64,000 bases of DNA from an uncultured Phycisphaerales bacterium (lineage in GTDB: Bacteria > Planctomycetota > Phycisphaerae > Tepidisphaerales > Tepidisphaeraceae): positions 832,001 through 896,000 of the forward strand of contig CAVWLP010000003.1 in the NCBI GenBank assembly GCA_963755915.1, written 5' to 3'. How positions within the stretch are numbered: position 1 is the stretch's first letter; each line of letters starts with the position of its first letter. Below are positions 1-10,980 of the stretch, piece by piece. A model generated the notes under the pieces. It saw only the letters and a program-made list of their open reading frames with translations. It ran no database searches and was not told the origin of the DNA. The translations under genes were made by a program, and so were the position numbers.

Positions 1-838
1 TCGTCCGGGAGAGTTCGACATCACCGTCGCGTGTTCCTATCCGTACTGCAACTGGGTGATGCGCCGGGGCCGCGGACACAATGGATTAAAGCATTCCCTT
101 CGGCACGTCTTCGTCACGCAAAACGGCGACTGGATGGTGCAGGCGCGGAGGGCGGAATACCGATTCTTTGATTGCGACGGATTGGTCTGCACCAACCCGC
201 AATTTCTTGAGCGGCACCAGGACCGGTTCCGCTGTGCGCTGATTCCCAACGGGGTTGAGCCGCGGAAATTTTCGCCGGGGCCGGGGAATCGCGCGGAATT
301 TGGAATTGAAAGCGAAGGGCCGGTGGCGCTGATGGTCAGCGCGCTGATCCCTTCGAAGCGGGTTGTGGAAGGGATTCGCGCGGCTTCGAAAGTGCCGGGC
401 CTGTATCTGGTAATTGCCGGCGACGGCGAATGCCGCGACGATGTGGACAGCGCCGGAAACCGGCTCATGAACGGCCGCTACCGGCGGCTCCAGCTTCCGC
501 GGGAAAAAATGCCGGAGCTTTACCGGTGCGCGGATGTTGTTTTGCACATGAGCCTGGACGAGCCATCGGCGAACGTCTATCTGGAAGCGCTGGCCAGCGG
601 TTTGCCCGTGGTGGCGCACGACTGGGAAGTGACACGATGGACACTTGACGGCACCGGTGTGCTGGTCGACGCCAATGACCTCGGCGCCGTCGCCAACGGC
701 ATCTGGCGGGCCATCCCCCGGCGCAAGGAGGAGGACGTTCGGGCCAGGCGCTCGCTCGTCGAGCAGCGCTTCGACTGGAGCGTTCTGGCGCCCAGGTATG
801 CCGAGTTCTTCTTTGAACTGCTCAACGGTCGAGCCTAG
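1..838 (+). CDS. GT4-family glycosyltransferase (5' end outside the window)
   Basis: ORF 56-838 probably extends to the window edge; GT-B motifs LIPNGV, SKRV and EPSANVYLEALASGLPVV. Confidence 0.85.
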   Translation, partial: RPGEFDITVACSYPYCNWVMRRGRGHNGLKHSLRHVFVTQNGDWMVQARRAEYRFFDCDGLVCTNPQFLERHQDRFRCALIPNGVEPRKFSPGPGNRAEFGIESEGPVALMVSALIPSKRVVEGIRAASKVPGLYLVIAGDGECRDDVDSAGNRLMNGRYRRLQLPREKMPELYRCADVVLHMSLDEPSANVYLEALASGLPVVAHDWEVTRWTLDGTGVLVDANDLGAVANGIWRAIPRRKEEDVRARRSLVEQRFDWSVLAPRYAEFFFELLNGRA

Positions 839-853
839 ATTTCTATAAGGCAT

Positions 854-3813
854 ATGCAGATTTTGGAATCGCAATGGCTGGGAGCGCGGCTGGCGGAGAT
901 CGCCGACGGGGATCTGTTTCCGCTGCTGAACGTGGGCTCTTCCACGGCGGAGTTTCGCACGAAGGTACAGCCACATATCGACGCCAATATCTTCGCGCCC
1001 TGCGGCGCGCGGCGGGAAGGTTTTGAACCTGGACATCAAGGAAGCGGAGGGGGTCGACATCGTCGGCGATCTGCTCGATCCATCTTTCCTCGACCAGGTT
1101 GGGCAATTGCAGGTCAAATCGGTCATGGTGTCGAACCTGCTGGAGCACGTCTTTCAGCGGCAGGAAATCTGCGACGTGGTGATGAAGATGGTTCCGGATG
1201 GGGGATTTATTTTTGTTTCCGGTCCCCACCATTACCCCTATCACGCCGACCCGATCGATACGATGTTCCGGCCTTCCATTTCGGAGATGCACGCCTATTT
1301 TCCGGGGACAAAGATCGTGCACAGCGAGATCACGGATTCGGGTAACTGGCGGCAATGGAATCAATCGGAGCGCGGCGGCCGGACGCTGGGGCGCGCGGCG
1401 GCGCGACTGCTGCTGCCCATGTATCGACCCGGGAAATGGCTGGAGTTGGCGCGGCAATCGTCCTATTTCTTCCGGCACGTGCGCGCGTTTGCGATGGTGC
1501 TGCGGAAGGAGCCGGCGATTACTACAGCACATGGCGCGACGAAAGTCGCGGCGGTGGCCATCGGACGCAATGAAGGCGAGCGATTACGGTCCTGCCTGGA
1601 ATCGCTGCGCGGGCGGGTGCGGGATGTCGTCTACGTGGATTCGGGCTCAAGCGATGGCAGCGTGGCGCTGGCGAAATCGCTGGGGGCGGATGTGGTCGAG
1701 CTCGACCGCTCGATGCCCTTCACCGCGGCGCACGGTCGGGATGCGGGGATGGAGCGGGTGCTCAAAAAATATTCCGATGTCTCCTACGTGCAGTTCGTGG
1801 ACGGCGACTGCACCGTGGCCCAGGGATGGATCGAACGGGCGTGTGCTCACCTCGACTCCTCGCCTGCGATCGCGGTGGTCAGCGGCCGGCGCCGCGAGCG
1901 GTATCCCGAGCGGTCGATTTACAACCGCATGCTCGACCTGGAATGGGATTCGCCCGTCGGAATCGCACGCTGGTGCGGCGGTGATTCGATGATCCGCATG
2001 GAAGTGCTTCGCCAGGAGGGATTCAATCCGCAGCTTATCGCGCGAGAGGAGCCTGAGCTTTGCCTGCGCCTCGGCCGGCGGGGCTGGAAAATCGAGCGCA
2101 TCGACGCGGAAATGACCTGGCACGATGCGGCGCTCACGCATTTCAGCGCCTGGTGGCGGAGAACGAAACGCAACGCGATCGGCTACGCACAGAACGTCGA
2201 GCTGCATGGGGATGAGCCTGAGAGATTTTGCGTGCGCGAAGTGCGGAGCTTCGTGTTTTGGGGAGAAGTGTTGCCGGCCTTCATCGCCATTTGTGCGGTG
2301 GCCGGAATATTCAGCCACAGGATGTGGCTGGGGCTTGCGCTCGCGGGCGCATACGGGGTGCTGGGTTGGCGCGTGTTTCAATATCAACGCCGGCGCGGCG
2401 TGGAGGCCGGGCAGGCGCGGGTTTATTCCCTGCTGACCATCCTCGGCAAATTCGCCAGCGCGGTAGGCGTAATCAAATACTGGATGGATCGACGCAGCGG
2501 CCGGCAGAACGTGATGGTGGAATACAAGATGCCGCCGCTGGATTCGCCGGGAGTCAGGAAGAAGGAAACATCCGGGCCGATCGAGAAATTTCCCATCGCC
2601 TATATCGCCGGAGAATTCCCGCGGCTCAGCGAGACGTTTGTTTACCGCGAAGTGCGCGGGCTGAGAAACCGGGGATGGAACGTCACCGCCGTAACCCTCA
2701 ATCCGGTGGAAAAAAGCGGCGCTGAACTGGACGACCTGTTCGCGGACCGGATCACTCTATACGGCGTAAGGATGCGCGACACGCTTCAATCCGCGGCACG
2801 CGAAGCAGCGCGGCATCCGATTCAATTCGCAACAACCCTGTGTACGGCAATTCGTGATGCCATTGATCCCAAGGAGCGTTTTGCCGCTAAAGCGCGGGTG
2901 AAGCTCCCGATGCAGGCCCTGGCGGCCATCGGCCTCGCCGGACAACTCCGCGAGCGGAAGATCCGCCACATCCACTGCCATTTCGCTCACGCGCCAACGA
3001 CGATCGGCATGTACGCCGCGATGCAGCTTAAAATCCCCTTCAGCTTCACCGGCCATGCGAACGACATTTTCCAGCGGCGGGCGATCTTGAAACTCAAACT
3101 TCGCCGCAGCGCGTTCGTCTCGTGCATCAGCAAATGGCATCAGAGCTTTTTTAACTCCAAATACCCGGACCGCACTGGGAAATATGAGGTCATCCGCTGC
3201 GGCGTGGAGCCCGGGGAAGCGCGAATTTTCGCGCAACGGCGAGGCGCTGCGAATCCTCACGGTCTGCCGGCTGGTGGAGAAGAAGGGGATCGACACGCTG
3301 ATCACCGCCGCCGCGGAGCTCAAGGGCCGCGGCGTGCCGATCCGGCTCACCATCGCCGGCGACGGCGAAGACCGCGAGCGGCTCAAAAAAGCCGCCGGCG
3401 AACTGCACTGCGGCGACTGGCTCGTCTGGCTGGGAGAAGTCAGCAACAGCCGGGTTCCGGCGCTCATGAAGCAGGCTGATGTCTTCGCGCTTCCCTGCCG
3501 GCAGGATTCCAACGGGGACCGCGATGGAATTCCCGTGGCCCTCATGGAAGCAATGGCCGCCGGAACCCCAGTGGTCGCGGGCGATCTGCCCGCCATCGGT
3601 GAGCTCGTCAGCGACGGCGTCAGCGGAATGCTTGTCGAAAGCGGCAACGCCCAGCAATTGGCCCTTACTCTGGCGACCCTCAAAGAAAACACTGCGCTTC
3701 GCCGAAAGCTCGCTGCCGGCGGGCGAAAGAAAATCGAAACCGAGTTTTCGCTTGAGACGACGCTCGATCGACTTGAGCGGCGATTTGCCGATTCAGCGGG
3801 TAGACGACGATGA
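854..3813 (+). CDS. SAM-methyltransferase-like + GT2 + GT4 multidomain protein (two apparent frameshifts, ~1010 and ~3215)
   Basis: 854 frame gives LLNVGSS; ORF 1023-3479 continues with NLDIK..SNLLEH (MTase-like), IGRNEG..YVDSGSSD..FVDGD (GT2) and HIHCHFAH (GT4); ORF 3184-3813 supplies the GT4 C-terminus (RLVEKKG, DGIPVALMEAMAAG). Confidence 0.7.
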
Positions 3814-4769
3814 GCGCCGGCCAGCGATATTGCCTGATAACCCCCTGCCGCGACGAAGCGAAATTCGCCCGCCGCACGCTCGACAGCGTAGCGGCGCAAT
3901 CTGTTCCGCCGGCGCTCTGGATCATCGTCGATGACGGCTCGACCGATCAGACGCCCGCGATTCTGGCGGAATATGCGGCGAAATATCCGTTCATCCGCAT
4001 CCTGCGCCGCGACGACCGCGGATTCCGCAAGCTCGGCGGCGGCGTCATCGACGCGTTTTATCACGGCTATGAAACGATCGACCCCGGCGATTTCGATTAC
4101 GTGTGCAAGCTCGATCTCGATCTCGATCTGCCTGCGAAATATTTCGAAACGCTGATGAAGCGCATGGATCAGGAGCTGCGCATCGGCACCGCCAGCGGCA
4201 AACCCTTTTTCATCGACCCCAAATCCGCTCAGCAAGTCATGGAAACGTGCGGCGATGAAAACTCAGTCGGCATGGTGAAATTTTATCGGACCCAGTGTTT
4301 CACGCAGATCGGCGGGTTCGTTCGCGAGTTGATGTGGGACGGCATCGATTGCCACCGCTGCCGGATGCTGGGATGGATCGCGGTATCCTGGAACGACCCG
4401 GCATTGAACTTCGAGCATCTGCGTCCGATGGGGACAAGCCACAAGAACTGGTGGACCGGCCGGGTTCGCCACGGGGTCGGGCAATATTTCATGGGCACCG
4501 GAGTTTGTTACATCGTCGCCAGCGCCGCGTTTCGAATATTGCATCCGCCGGTTTTGATTGGATCGATTGCCATGCTTTGGGGCTATTTCAAAAGCATGTT
4601 TGCCGGTCGTCCGAGGTATGGAGACGCCGCATTCCGGCAATTTTTGCGCGATTATCAATGGGCATGTCTCTTTAAGGGGAAAACGGTAGCGACAGCAGCG
4701 CTGAACGCCCGGCAGGCCGCAGCGTGGCACGCGAGGGCGACTGCCGTGACTGATATTTCAGCACAATAA
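3810..4769 (+). CDS. GT2-family glycosyltransferase
   Basis: LITPCRDE, IVDDGSTD, KLDLD motifs; ATGA overlap with the upstream stop. Confidence 0.9.
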   Translation: MSAGQRYCLITPCRDEAKFARRTLDSVAAQSVPPALWIIVDDGSTDQTPAILAEYAAKYPFIRILRRDDRGFRKLGGGVIDAFYHGYETIDPGDFDYVCKLDLDLDLPAKYFETLMKRMDQELRIGTASGKPFFIDPKSAQQVMETCGDENSVGMVKFYRTQCFTQIGGFVRELMWDGIDCHRCRMLGWIAVSWNDPALNFEHLRPMGTSHKNWWTGRVRHGVGQYFMGTGVCYIVASAAFRILHPPVLIGSIAMLWGYFKSMFAGRPRYGDAAFRQFLRDYQWACLFKGKTVATAALNARQAAAWHARATAVTDISAQ

Positions 4770-5045
4770 GCCGCTCGAAGGTCAAAGATTGCGCGGCAAA
4801 TAGGGTTTGATGACCGGGAAGGGTTGTGTCGATAAAGGAAATGCCCGGCGTAAGTTAACGGACGCGCACCCGAAAAAAGTTAACCGGGAGCTAAAAAAGC
4901 ACCGGTAGTTCTGTCGCGGTCTTATAATTCCCGTTGCATTTGACCACGGGGATCGCGATATTTAAGCGACCAACCGTGGGTACGGACCGTTAATTGAATA
5001 TTGCTTAGTCGTTAGCGGCAAAGAAGTTCTGTTGCTCGCATAGCC

Positions 5046-7055
5046 ATGCAGGTCAAAGAGGGAGAATTTCGCTGGAGCGATTCGGCCGTTGGGGCGGCCG
5101 CATTGGTTCCACCAGCCCCATCCCGTCTGATTCCGGCAACCAAGCCCAGGGGGATGCCGACCATCTCCCTTGAAGGCGTAAGAATCCATCAAATCGACGA
5201 GCGAACCTGCATCGAGCACATCCTCAAGGAACTGGCCGCCGGTCGCGGCGGATTCGTGGTGACCCCCAACCTCGATCATCTGCGCCGCTGCCGCCGAAAC
5301 GTCAGCTTTTCTGTCCTCGTTGCCGAGGCAAGCCTGGTGGTTGCCGACGGCATGCCCCTGGTCTGGGCCAGCCGCCTCCAGGGAACGCCGCTTCCGCAAC
5401 GGGTTGCCGGTTCCGACCTGATTTCAACCCTCAGCGCCGCCGCCGCCGGACAGGGGCGATCGATATTTCTGCTCGGAGGCGCCGACGGCACCGCCGTCCA
5501 GGCGGCCAAGATTTTGCAGAGTCAATATCCGCAATTAAAGGTGATGGGAACCTTATGTCCACGGGTCGGTTTCGAGAACGACGAAAAATCGATGCGGGAG
5601 CTCATCACCACCCTCCAGGCGGCCCGCCCCGACATTGTCTATGTTGCGCTCGGATCGCCCAAGCAGGAGCAGGTGATCGACCGCATCCGCCGGGCGATGC
5701 CGCAGACGTGGTGGCTCGGCGTCGGCGTCAGCTTCAGCTTTTTGTGCGGCGACGTAAAACGCGCCCCCAACTGGATGCGCCGCTGGGGACTCGAGTGGAT
5801 TCACCGCCTGGCCCAGGAGCCGCGCCGGTTGTTTAAACGCTATGTGGTCGTGGGGATTCCTTTCGGTATCAAAATGCTCGGGATGTCCAGCCTTCGAGGG
5901 GTTCGAAATCGGCTCCTGCCGAGATATTCCGAAGAATCGGGGAGTTACGACGACGTGCAGGCGATTCTTTCGCAAAGCACGACCTATCCAGAGTCGCCCG
6001 CGCCTCAAGCGCCGTCCGTCAGCGAAATCACGTCGCGCTTATCCTCCGCCGGCCCCGGAGATTCAACGGCGGAGCTTGGGCCCATCCAACTGAAAGAAAA
6101 CGCCCACATCGGCTCATCAGGCGGTGGCCAGCTTCGCGGTCTGGTGCTGCTTGGCGGAACCGTCCGCCCAACCCCGCTGGGGATGTCGCTGGGCCGAAGC
6201 CTGCTCGATATGCCCGTTGGCAACGGCAACACGGTTCTGACCCGCTGGCTCGACGAAGCCGCTGCGGTCGCCCAGATGCTCGAGACCGATTTTCTTCCCG
6301 TCCGGCTGCTGCTCGATCGCAACGCCCTTGAGCCCTTGAGCGCCGCCCAGCGCAGCGCCGAGCAGGGGCATGGCAACGCGGATTACTACCGAATGGAGCG
6401 GGATACATCCGAATTTCGGGGCACCGGCGGCCTGCTGGCCAATATCGCGGTCGATTATGACGACGACGACACGATCCTGGTCGGAAACGCAGCCCAGGTG
6501 CTGCTGGACCCCCTTCCAGCTCTTCTGACTTCTCTGAAGAAGACCCGGGGGATGGTCGGCCTGATCGGCCACCGCGACGGCGAGCCCAGCGGCCTGATGC
6601 TGATAACTTGCCGCGCCCTGCGGCTCATTCCCAGCGTGGGATTCGTCGATATGAAGGAACAGGCGCTGCCCATCATCGCGTCGACGTACGACGTGCGCGT
6701 GGTTCAGTGCCGAAGGCCCACGGGTCTTTCGATCCGCACGTTATCGGACTTTATCGCCGCCTTGCGCACGATTCACCAGCCGATCCGTGCGACCGCGACC
6801 GATCCCTGGGCGGAAGACTGGAAATCAACGTTCGCCATCGTGGAGAGCGGCGCGGTGGTGGCGCCGAGTGCGCGCATTCACGATTCGGTGGTGCTCTCCG
6901 GCGGTATGGTTGAAGCCGGCGCTGCCGTGGTCCGCTCGGTGGTTGCCGGCGCGGTTCGCCGCGACCACAACGCCGTCGACGTCTGCGTCGAGCCCTCCCG
7001 CAAACGCGGGTTTGAGGTTGGCCCAGTTGGCCCCGTTGCTAGGAAGCAGGCATGA
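5046..7055 (+). CDS. WecB/TagA/CpsF glycosyltransferase fused to a degenerate nucleotidyltransferase-like/left-handed beta-helix domain
   Basis: N-half: VTPNLDH, VADGMPLVW, RVAGSDL, ALGSPKQE, GLEWIHRL. C-half: LVLLGG..RP.PL, RGTGG and hexapeptide-like repeats. Confidence 0.8.
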   Translation: MQVKEGEFRWSDSAVGAAALVPPAPSRLIPATKPRGMPTISLEGVRIHQIDERTCIEHILKELAAGRGGFVVTPNLDHLRRCRRNVSFSVLVAEASLVVADGMPLVWASRLQGTPLPQRVAGSDLISTLSAAAAGQGRSIFLLGGADGTAVQAAKILQSQYPQLKVMGTLCPRVGFENDEKSMRELITTLQAARPDIVYVALGSPKQEQVIDRIRRAMPQTWWLGVGVSFSFLCGDVKRAPNWMRRWGLEWIHRLAQEPRRLFKRYVVVGIPFGIKMLGMSSLRGVRNRLLPRYSEESGSYDDVQAILSQSTTYPESPAPQAPSVSEITSRLSSAGPGDSTAELGPIQLKENAHIGSSGGGQLRGLVLLGGTVRPTPLGMSLGRSLLDMPVGNGNTVLTRWLDEAAAVAQMLETDFLPVRLLLDRNALEPLSAAQRSAEQGHGNADYYRMERDTSEFRGTGGLLANIAVDYDDDDTILVGNAAQVLLDPLPALLTSLKKTRGMVGLIGHRDGEPSGLMLITCRALRLIPSVGFVDMKEQALPIIASTYDVRVVQCRRPTGLSIRTLSDFIAALRTIHQPIRATATDPWAEDWKSTFAIVESGAVVAPSARIHDSVVLSGGMVEAGAAVVRSVVAGAVRRDHNAVDVCVEPSRKRGFEVGPVGPVARKQA

Positions 7056-7930
7056 AGCTGCCGGTGCTCAGAGACGACCGCCTGACAATGGCCCACGTGG
7101 CGCTCGCCGCCGCGATGGGAACGCTGGGGGTGCTGGCAACGCTGCCCGCATGGAAGGATATCTATCTGATCGCCTGGATGGACGAGGAATACAGCCATAT
7201 CTTCGTCGTCCCCTTCGTGGCAATTTTTTTGGTTTGGGTGCGGAGAATGCGGTTGCGGCATTGCAAACCATCCGGAAGAATCATTGGTCCGGTCGTCGTC
7301 GCCCTGGGATGGATTTTGAATTCCTGGGGTTTTTACAGCGGCATTCAGAGCTTCTGGCATGGAGGAGCGGTTCTGGTCGTCGTCGGATGCATTCTCTCGG
7401 TGCTGGGCAAGGGCGTGATCTTCCGCTTCTTCCCGGCGTTTCTGCTTTTAGTCTTCCTAGTCCCAGCGCCGGGACGTTTGCGCCTCGCCATTGCCGGGCC
7501 GCTGCAGAATTGGACGGCTTCCATCACCCAACGCCTTCTCGAGGCCGGCGGCGTCATTAACACGGAGGTCAACGGCAACGCCCTGACCATCAACGGTCAC
7601 GCCGTTCTCGTCGCCGAAGCATGCAACGGACTTCGCATGGTCTTCTCCCTGATTATGGTGGGCTTCGCATTCTGCTTCGCGATGCCGCTGCGGAATTACA
7701 TCCGGGCGCTGATCCTGTTGATCAGCCCCCTGGCGGCGATTTTCTGCAACGTGGTGCGCATCATCCCCACGATCTGGATGTACGGCTTTATGCCCGATTA
7801 CGCACCCAAATTTCACGAATTCGCCGGGTGGGCAATGCTGCCCCTGGCCTTCCTAATGTTGTACGGACTGATTCGGACGCTTCAGTGGGCCGTGATTCCG
7901 GTGAACGAATATACGCTGGCGTCGCAGTAG
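7052..7930 (+). CDS. Exosortase/archaeosortase-family transpeptidase
   Basis: Polytopic membrane protein with EYSH near the N-terminus and the catalytic Cys (VAEACNGLR), Arg (NVVRI) and His (KFHEFAG). Confidence 0.9.
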   Translation: MKLPVLRDDRLTMAHVALAAAMGTLGVLATLPAWKDIYLIAWMDEEYSHIFVVPFVAIFLVWVRRMRLRHCKPSGRIIGPVVVALGWILNSWGFYSGIQSFWHGGAVLVVVGCILSVLGKGVIFRFFPAFLLLVFLVPAPGRLRLAIAGPLQNWTASITQRLLEAGGVINTEVNGNALTINGHAVLVAEACNGLRMVFSLIMVGFAFCFAMPLRNYIRALILLISPLAAIFCNVVRIIPTIWMYGFMPDYAPKFHEFAGWAMLPLAFLMLYGLIRTLQWAVIPVNEYTLASQ

Positions 7931-7940
7931 ATTTGAAGGA

Positions 7941-8702
7941 GTGTCGCTGTTGAAAGCAGGCGGTCGTAACTTGCGCCGGGGCATTTGGCTCTGGCCGGTG
8001 GTTTCAGTCCTGATGCTTATCGGGATGCTGGCCGAAGCGCGCACCCACGTTCAGCCGACCGAAGCCGCGCCGCATCTTCAGCGCTGTGCCAACGCCGTGG
8101 CGGCCTTCCCCTACGTGATCGACACCAACAACGGCTCCTGGACCGGCAAGGATACGGAAATGCCCACGCCGGCGATCCAGCTTCTGCATCCTAACGCGAT
8201 CCTCAGCCGCGAATACAGGAATGACCGGCGCAATGAAGTTGTCGAATTCCTGATCGTCGATTGCAAAGACGCCCGCGATTTGCAGGGGCACTATCCCCCC
8301 AATTGCTATCCGGCGCTGGGCGAAAGCGAATTTATGGACCAACGCAAGACGCGAATCTGGCATTTGCCTCACATGGACGTAACGGGAATGGAGTATCACT
8401 TCGCCCCCAAGAGCCTGACTGAGGGCGAACAGGTTGTCTATAACTTTTTCGTGATGCCGCTCGTTCCGGCTTTGACCGTTTCCCACAAGGAACTGGATGG
8501 GAAGATCTGCCCGGACATCAGCAGCGTTTACACAAGCGGCGAGGATTACCAGAGGCGATATTACGGCGCGGCCGAGTTTCAGCTCGTGACCGGCCCCCAG
8601 ATGAAGCCGCAGGACAGGGACGAGGCTTTGATCGACTTATTGAGTTCCGATGAGAGTTTGCTGAGGACGCTGGAAAACCGGCCAGATGCCGGAGGTAAGT
8701 AG
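7941..8702 (+). CDS. EpsI-like exosortase-associated periplasmic protein
   Basis: GTG start after GAAGGA; N-terminal TM helix, REY and GHYPPNCYP (H-x-P-x-x-C) motif; directly follows the exosortase. Confidence 0.75.
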   Translation: MSLLKAGGRNLRRGIWLWPVVSVLMLIGMLAEARTHVQPTEAAPHLQRCANAVAAFPYVIDTNNGSWTGKDTEMPTPAIQLLHPNAILSREYRNDRRNEVVEFLIVDCKDARDLQGHYPPNCYPALGESEFMDQRKTRIWHLPHMDVTGMEYHFAPKSLTEGEQVVYNFFVMPLVPALTVSHKELDGKICPDISSVYTSGEDYQRRYYGAAEFQLVTGPQMKPQDRDEALIDLLSSDESLLRTLENRPDAGGK

Positions 8703-8709
8703 GTAGGCT

Positions 8710-10968
8710 ATGACAAACGAAATGCAATTAGCGCAGGCCGCGGGTCTGCCGGTTGTGAGCCAGGACGCAATGAACGGTCAGGGCCAGAACCAGCACGGCA
8801 AGCCCATGGGGCTCAAGAAGGTTCACCGTCTGTTGCGCGGACGGTATCCCCTGGTTATTACCCTGGGGCTCCTCTTCGGTGTCGCCGGCGCTTTGATGGG
8901 GTTCCTCAGCCAGAAACCTATTTACACCAGCAGCTTCACTGTCGAACTGGTCCCCAAGATTCAAAGCCTTAACAGCGTCGACGGCGAAATGATGCAGGGC
9001 TATTCGATGTGGCTCCAGTCACAGGTGGCAATCATCAAGAGCTACGAGCTGGTGCAGCTTGCCCTCGACCAGGATGAATGGAAAGCCACGGGCGCTGCTC
9101 GCGGCGATGAAGCCGCCATCAGCGCTTTTGCCTCAGGCGTCGAAGCGGAAAATTATCCGCCTGACAGCTCGATGCTGAAAATCAGCTTTTCCGACCCCGA
9201 CAAGGAACTCGCCCTTGCGGGATCGCAGTCGGTTCTCAAGGCTTACGAAAAGTTCTTCGATGAATCCGACCCCATGATGTACACCGAGCGAATGCAGGTG
9301 CTCCAGAAGCTCCAGACGAAATATTCCAACGATCTGGCCTCCTATCAGCAGTCGCTGAACGAATTGCAGTCCCAGTACAACACCGACGACCTTGCCTCTT
9401 ACCTCGCACAGCAGATGCAGGAGCTTGGCTGGCTGGCCAACCAACTCGACAACGCGAATACCGCGCTGGATATCGACAAGCAGATGATTGGCAGCATCGC
9501 CCCCGGCGCTGACGCGCAGGGCAATCCCTCGACGCAGCCGTCGGCATTGACGGAAGATCAGATCGCTGCGTTCGACAATGGCCGGCTCAACAGCATGCGC
9601 GACCGGCGCGAGCAGATCGCCGCGGAAATTCAGTTGATGAAGGCCAACGGCTACGGCGACAACAACCCCCGCGTCCAAAACCTTGCGGCCGCCCTGCAGG
9701 TCGAAGACCAGGAAATCCAGGCCTACGTGCAGAGCTTTAACCAGGGCTACCGCATCGATTCAGAGAACGGCCGATCGGGAATCACCAGCATCCGGGCGGA
9801 TATCGTCGCCAAGCAGGTGACGATCAAGGATCTCACCGCCCAGTATGACCATCAAAAAGCCGTCTGCGCCGACGTTGGGAAATACTCGCAGTTCATCCGC
9901 GACGTGAAGGCGAACATCGCCCACGCCCAATCGGGCCTGGACGGCGCGAACGCGGATTATGAGCGGCTTCAGTCGATGCGTGACCTGAATGGCAACAACC
10001 AGATGCTCGTGATGAGCAAGCCGCTGCCGCCCGGCGAGCCTTCCACCGACCGCCGGCGGGTGATGGGCGCACTCGGCTTCATCGGAGGCGCGCTGCTTCC
10101 GATGTGCGTCGTCATGCTCATCGGGGTCCTCGACGGCCGCTTCCGATACAGCGATGAGGCCAACACCGATCTCGGCGGCATCCCGCTCCTGGGAATCCTC
10201 CCGAACCTGCCCGACCTCCTCACCGACCCCACGCAGGCCGCCACCGCGGCGCACTGCGTCCACCAGATCCGAACCATCCTTCAGATCACCGGCCACAGCT
10301 CCGAGCGCCGCGTCTTCACCGTCACCAGCGCCTCGCCCGGCGACGGCAAAACCAGCCTGACGCTTGCCCTGGGCCTTAGCTTTGCCGCCAGCGGCTCCCG
10401 AACCCTGCTCGTCGACGGCGACCTGATCGGCGGGGGCCTCACCGCCCGCCTCAACGTCAACGCCGAGCACGGCGTCCTTGAAGCCATGGCCGCCCGCGAT
10501 ATCAGCACCTTCATTCGCACCACCGACGTCGCCGACCTCTCCTTCCTCCCCGTCGGCAAGGCGATGGGCGGATACACCGGAACGATCTCCCCCGCGGCGG
10601 TTCGCCGCCTCGTGGACGAAGCACGAAAGCAATTCGACGTGATCCTGATCGACACCGGCCCCATCCTCGGCAGCATCGAGGCCTCTCCGGTGGCGGTCGC
10701 CTGTGACGGCGTCGTCCTGTGCGTCTCCCGCGGGCAGCAGCGCACGCTCGTCGACCGCGCCTTGGCCCACCTGCATGCCATCGGCGCTACCCTGGCCGGC
10801 GTGGTCTTCAACCGCGCTCAGGCTCACGACTTCGAGCGATCGACGAATCGGCTGGGCCTCGGCTCAGCTCCCGCCGGCACGGACGGCCGGCGCAGTGAGG
10901 CGATCGGACCCGTGGCCCGCGCTGTGGCCTCGTCGGTTCGCTCCGCGGCTTCGGGGCATGACCGTTAA
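8710..10968 (+). CDS. wzc: Wzc-like polysaccharide co-polymerase / BY-kinase
   Basis: Two TM helices flanking a coiled-coil periplasmic region; Walker A SPGDGKT, A' LLVDGD, Walker B ILIDTGP, GVVFN. Confidence 0.85.
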   Translation: MTNEMQLAQAAGLPVVSQDAMNGQGQNQHGKPMGLKKVHRLLRGRYPLVITLGLLFGVAGALMGFLSQKPIYTSSFTVELVPKIQSLNSVDGEMMQGYSMWLQSQVAIIKSYELVQLALDQDEWKATGAARGDEAAISAFASGVEAENYPPDSSMLKISFSDPDKELALAGSQSVLKAYEKFFDESDPMMYTERMQVLQKLQTKYSNDLASYQQSLNELQSQYNTDDLASYLAQQMQELGWLANQLDNANTALDIDKQMIGSIAPGADAQGNPSTQPSALTEDQIAAFDNGRLNSMRDRREQIAAEIQLMKANGYGDNNPRVQNLAAALQVEDQEIQAYVQSFNQGYRIDSENGRSGITSIRADIVAKQVTIKDLTAQYDHQKAVCADVGKYSQFIRDVKANIAHAQSGLDGANADYERLQSMRDLNGNNQMLVMSKPLPPGEPSTDRRRVMGALGFIGGALLPMCVVMLIGVLDGRFRYSDEANTDLGGIPLLGILPNLPDLLTDPTQAATAAHCVHQIRTILQITGHSSERRVFTVTSASPGDGKTSLTLALGLSFAASGSRTLLVDGDLIGGGLTARLNVNAEHGVLEAMAARDISTFIRTTDVADLSFLPVGKAMGGYTGTISPAAVRRLVDEARKQFDVILIDTGPILGSIEASPVAVACDGVVLCVSRGQQRTLVDRALAHLHAIGATLAGVVFNRAQAHDFERSTNRLGLGSAPAGTDGRRSEAIGPVARAVASSVRSAASGHDR

Positions 10969-10980
10969 TGGTCGGCTGTT

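Noticed and set aside
4770-5045. AAGTTAAC twice (4852-4859, 4877-4884) and TATAAT (4923-4928) upstream of the exosortase operon
   Set aside because: Plausible promoter/operator but too short to support without comparative data.
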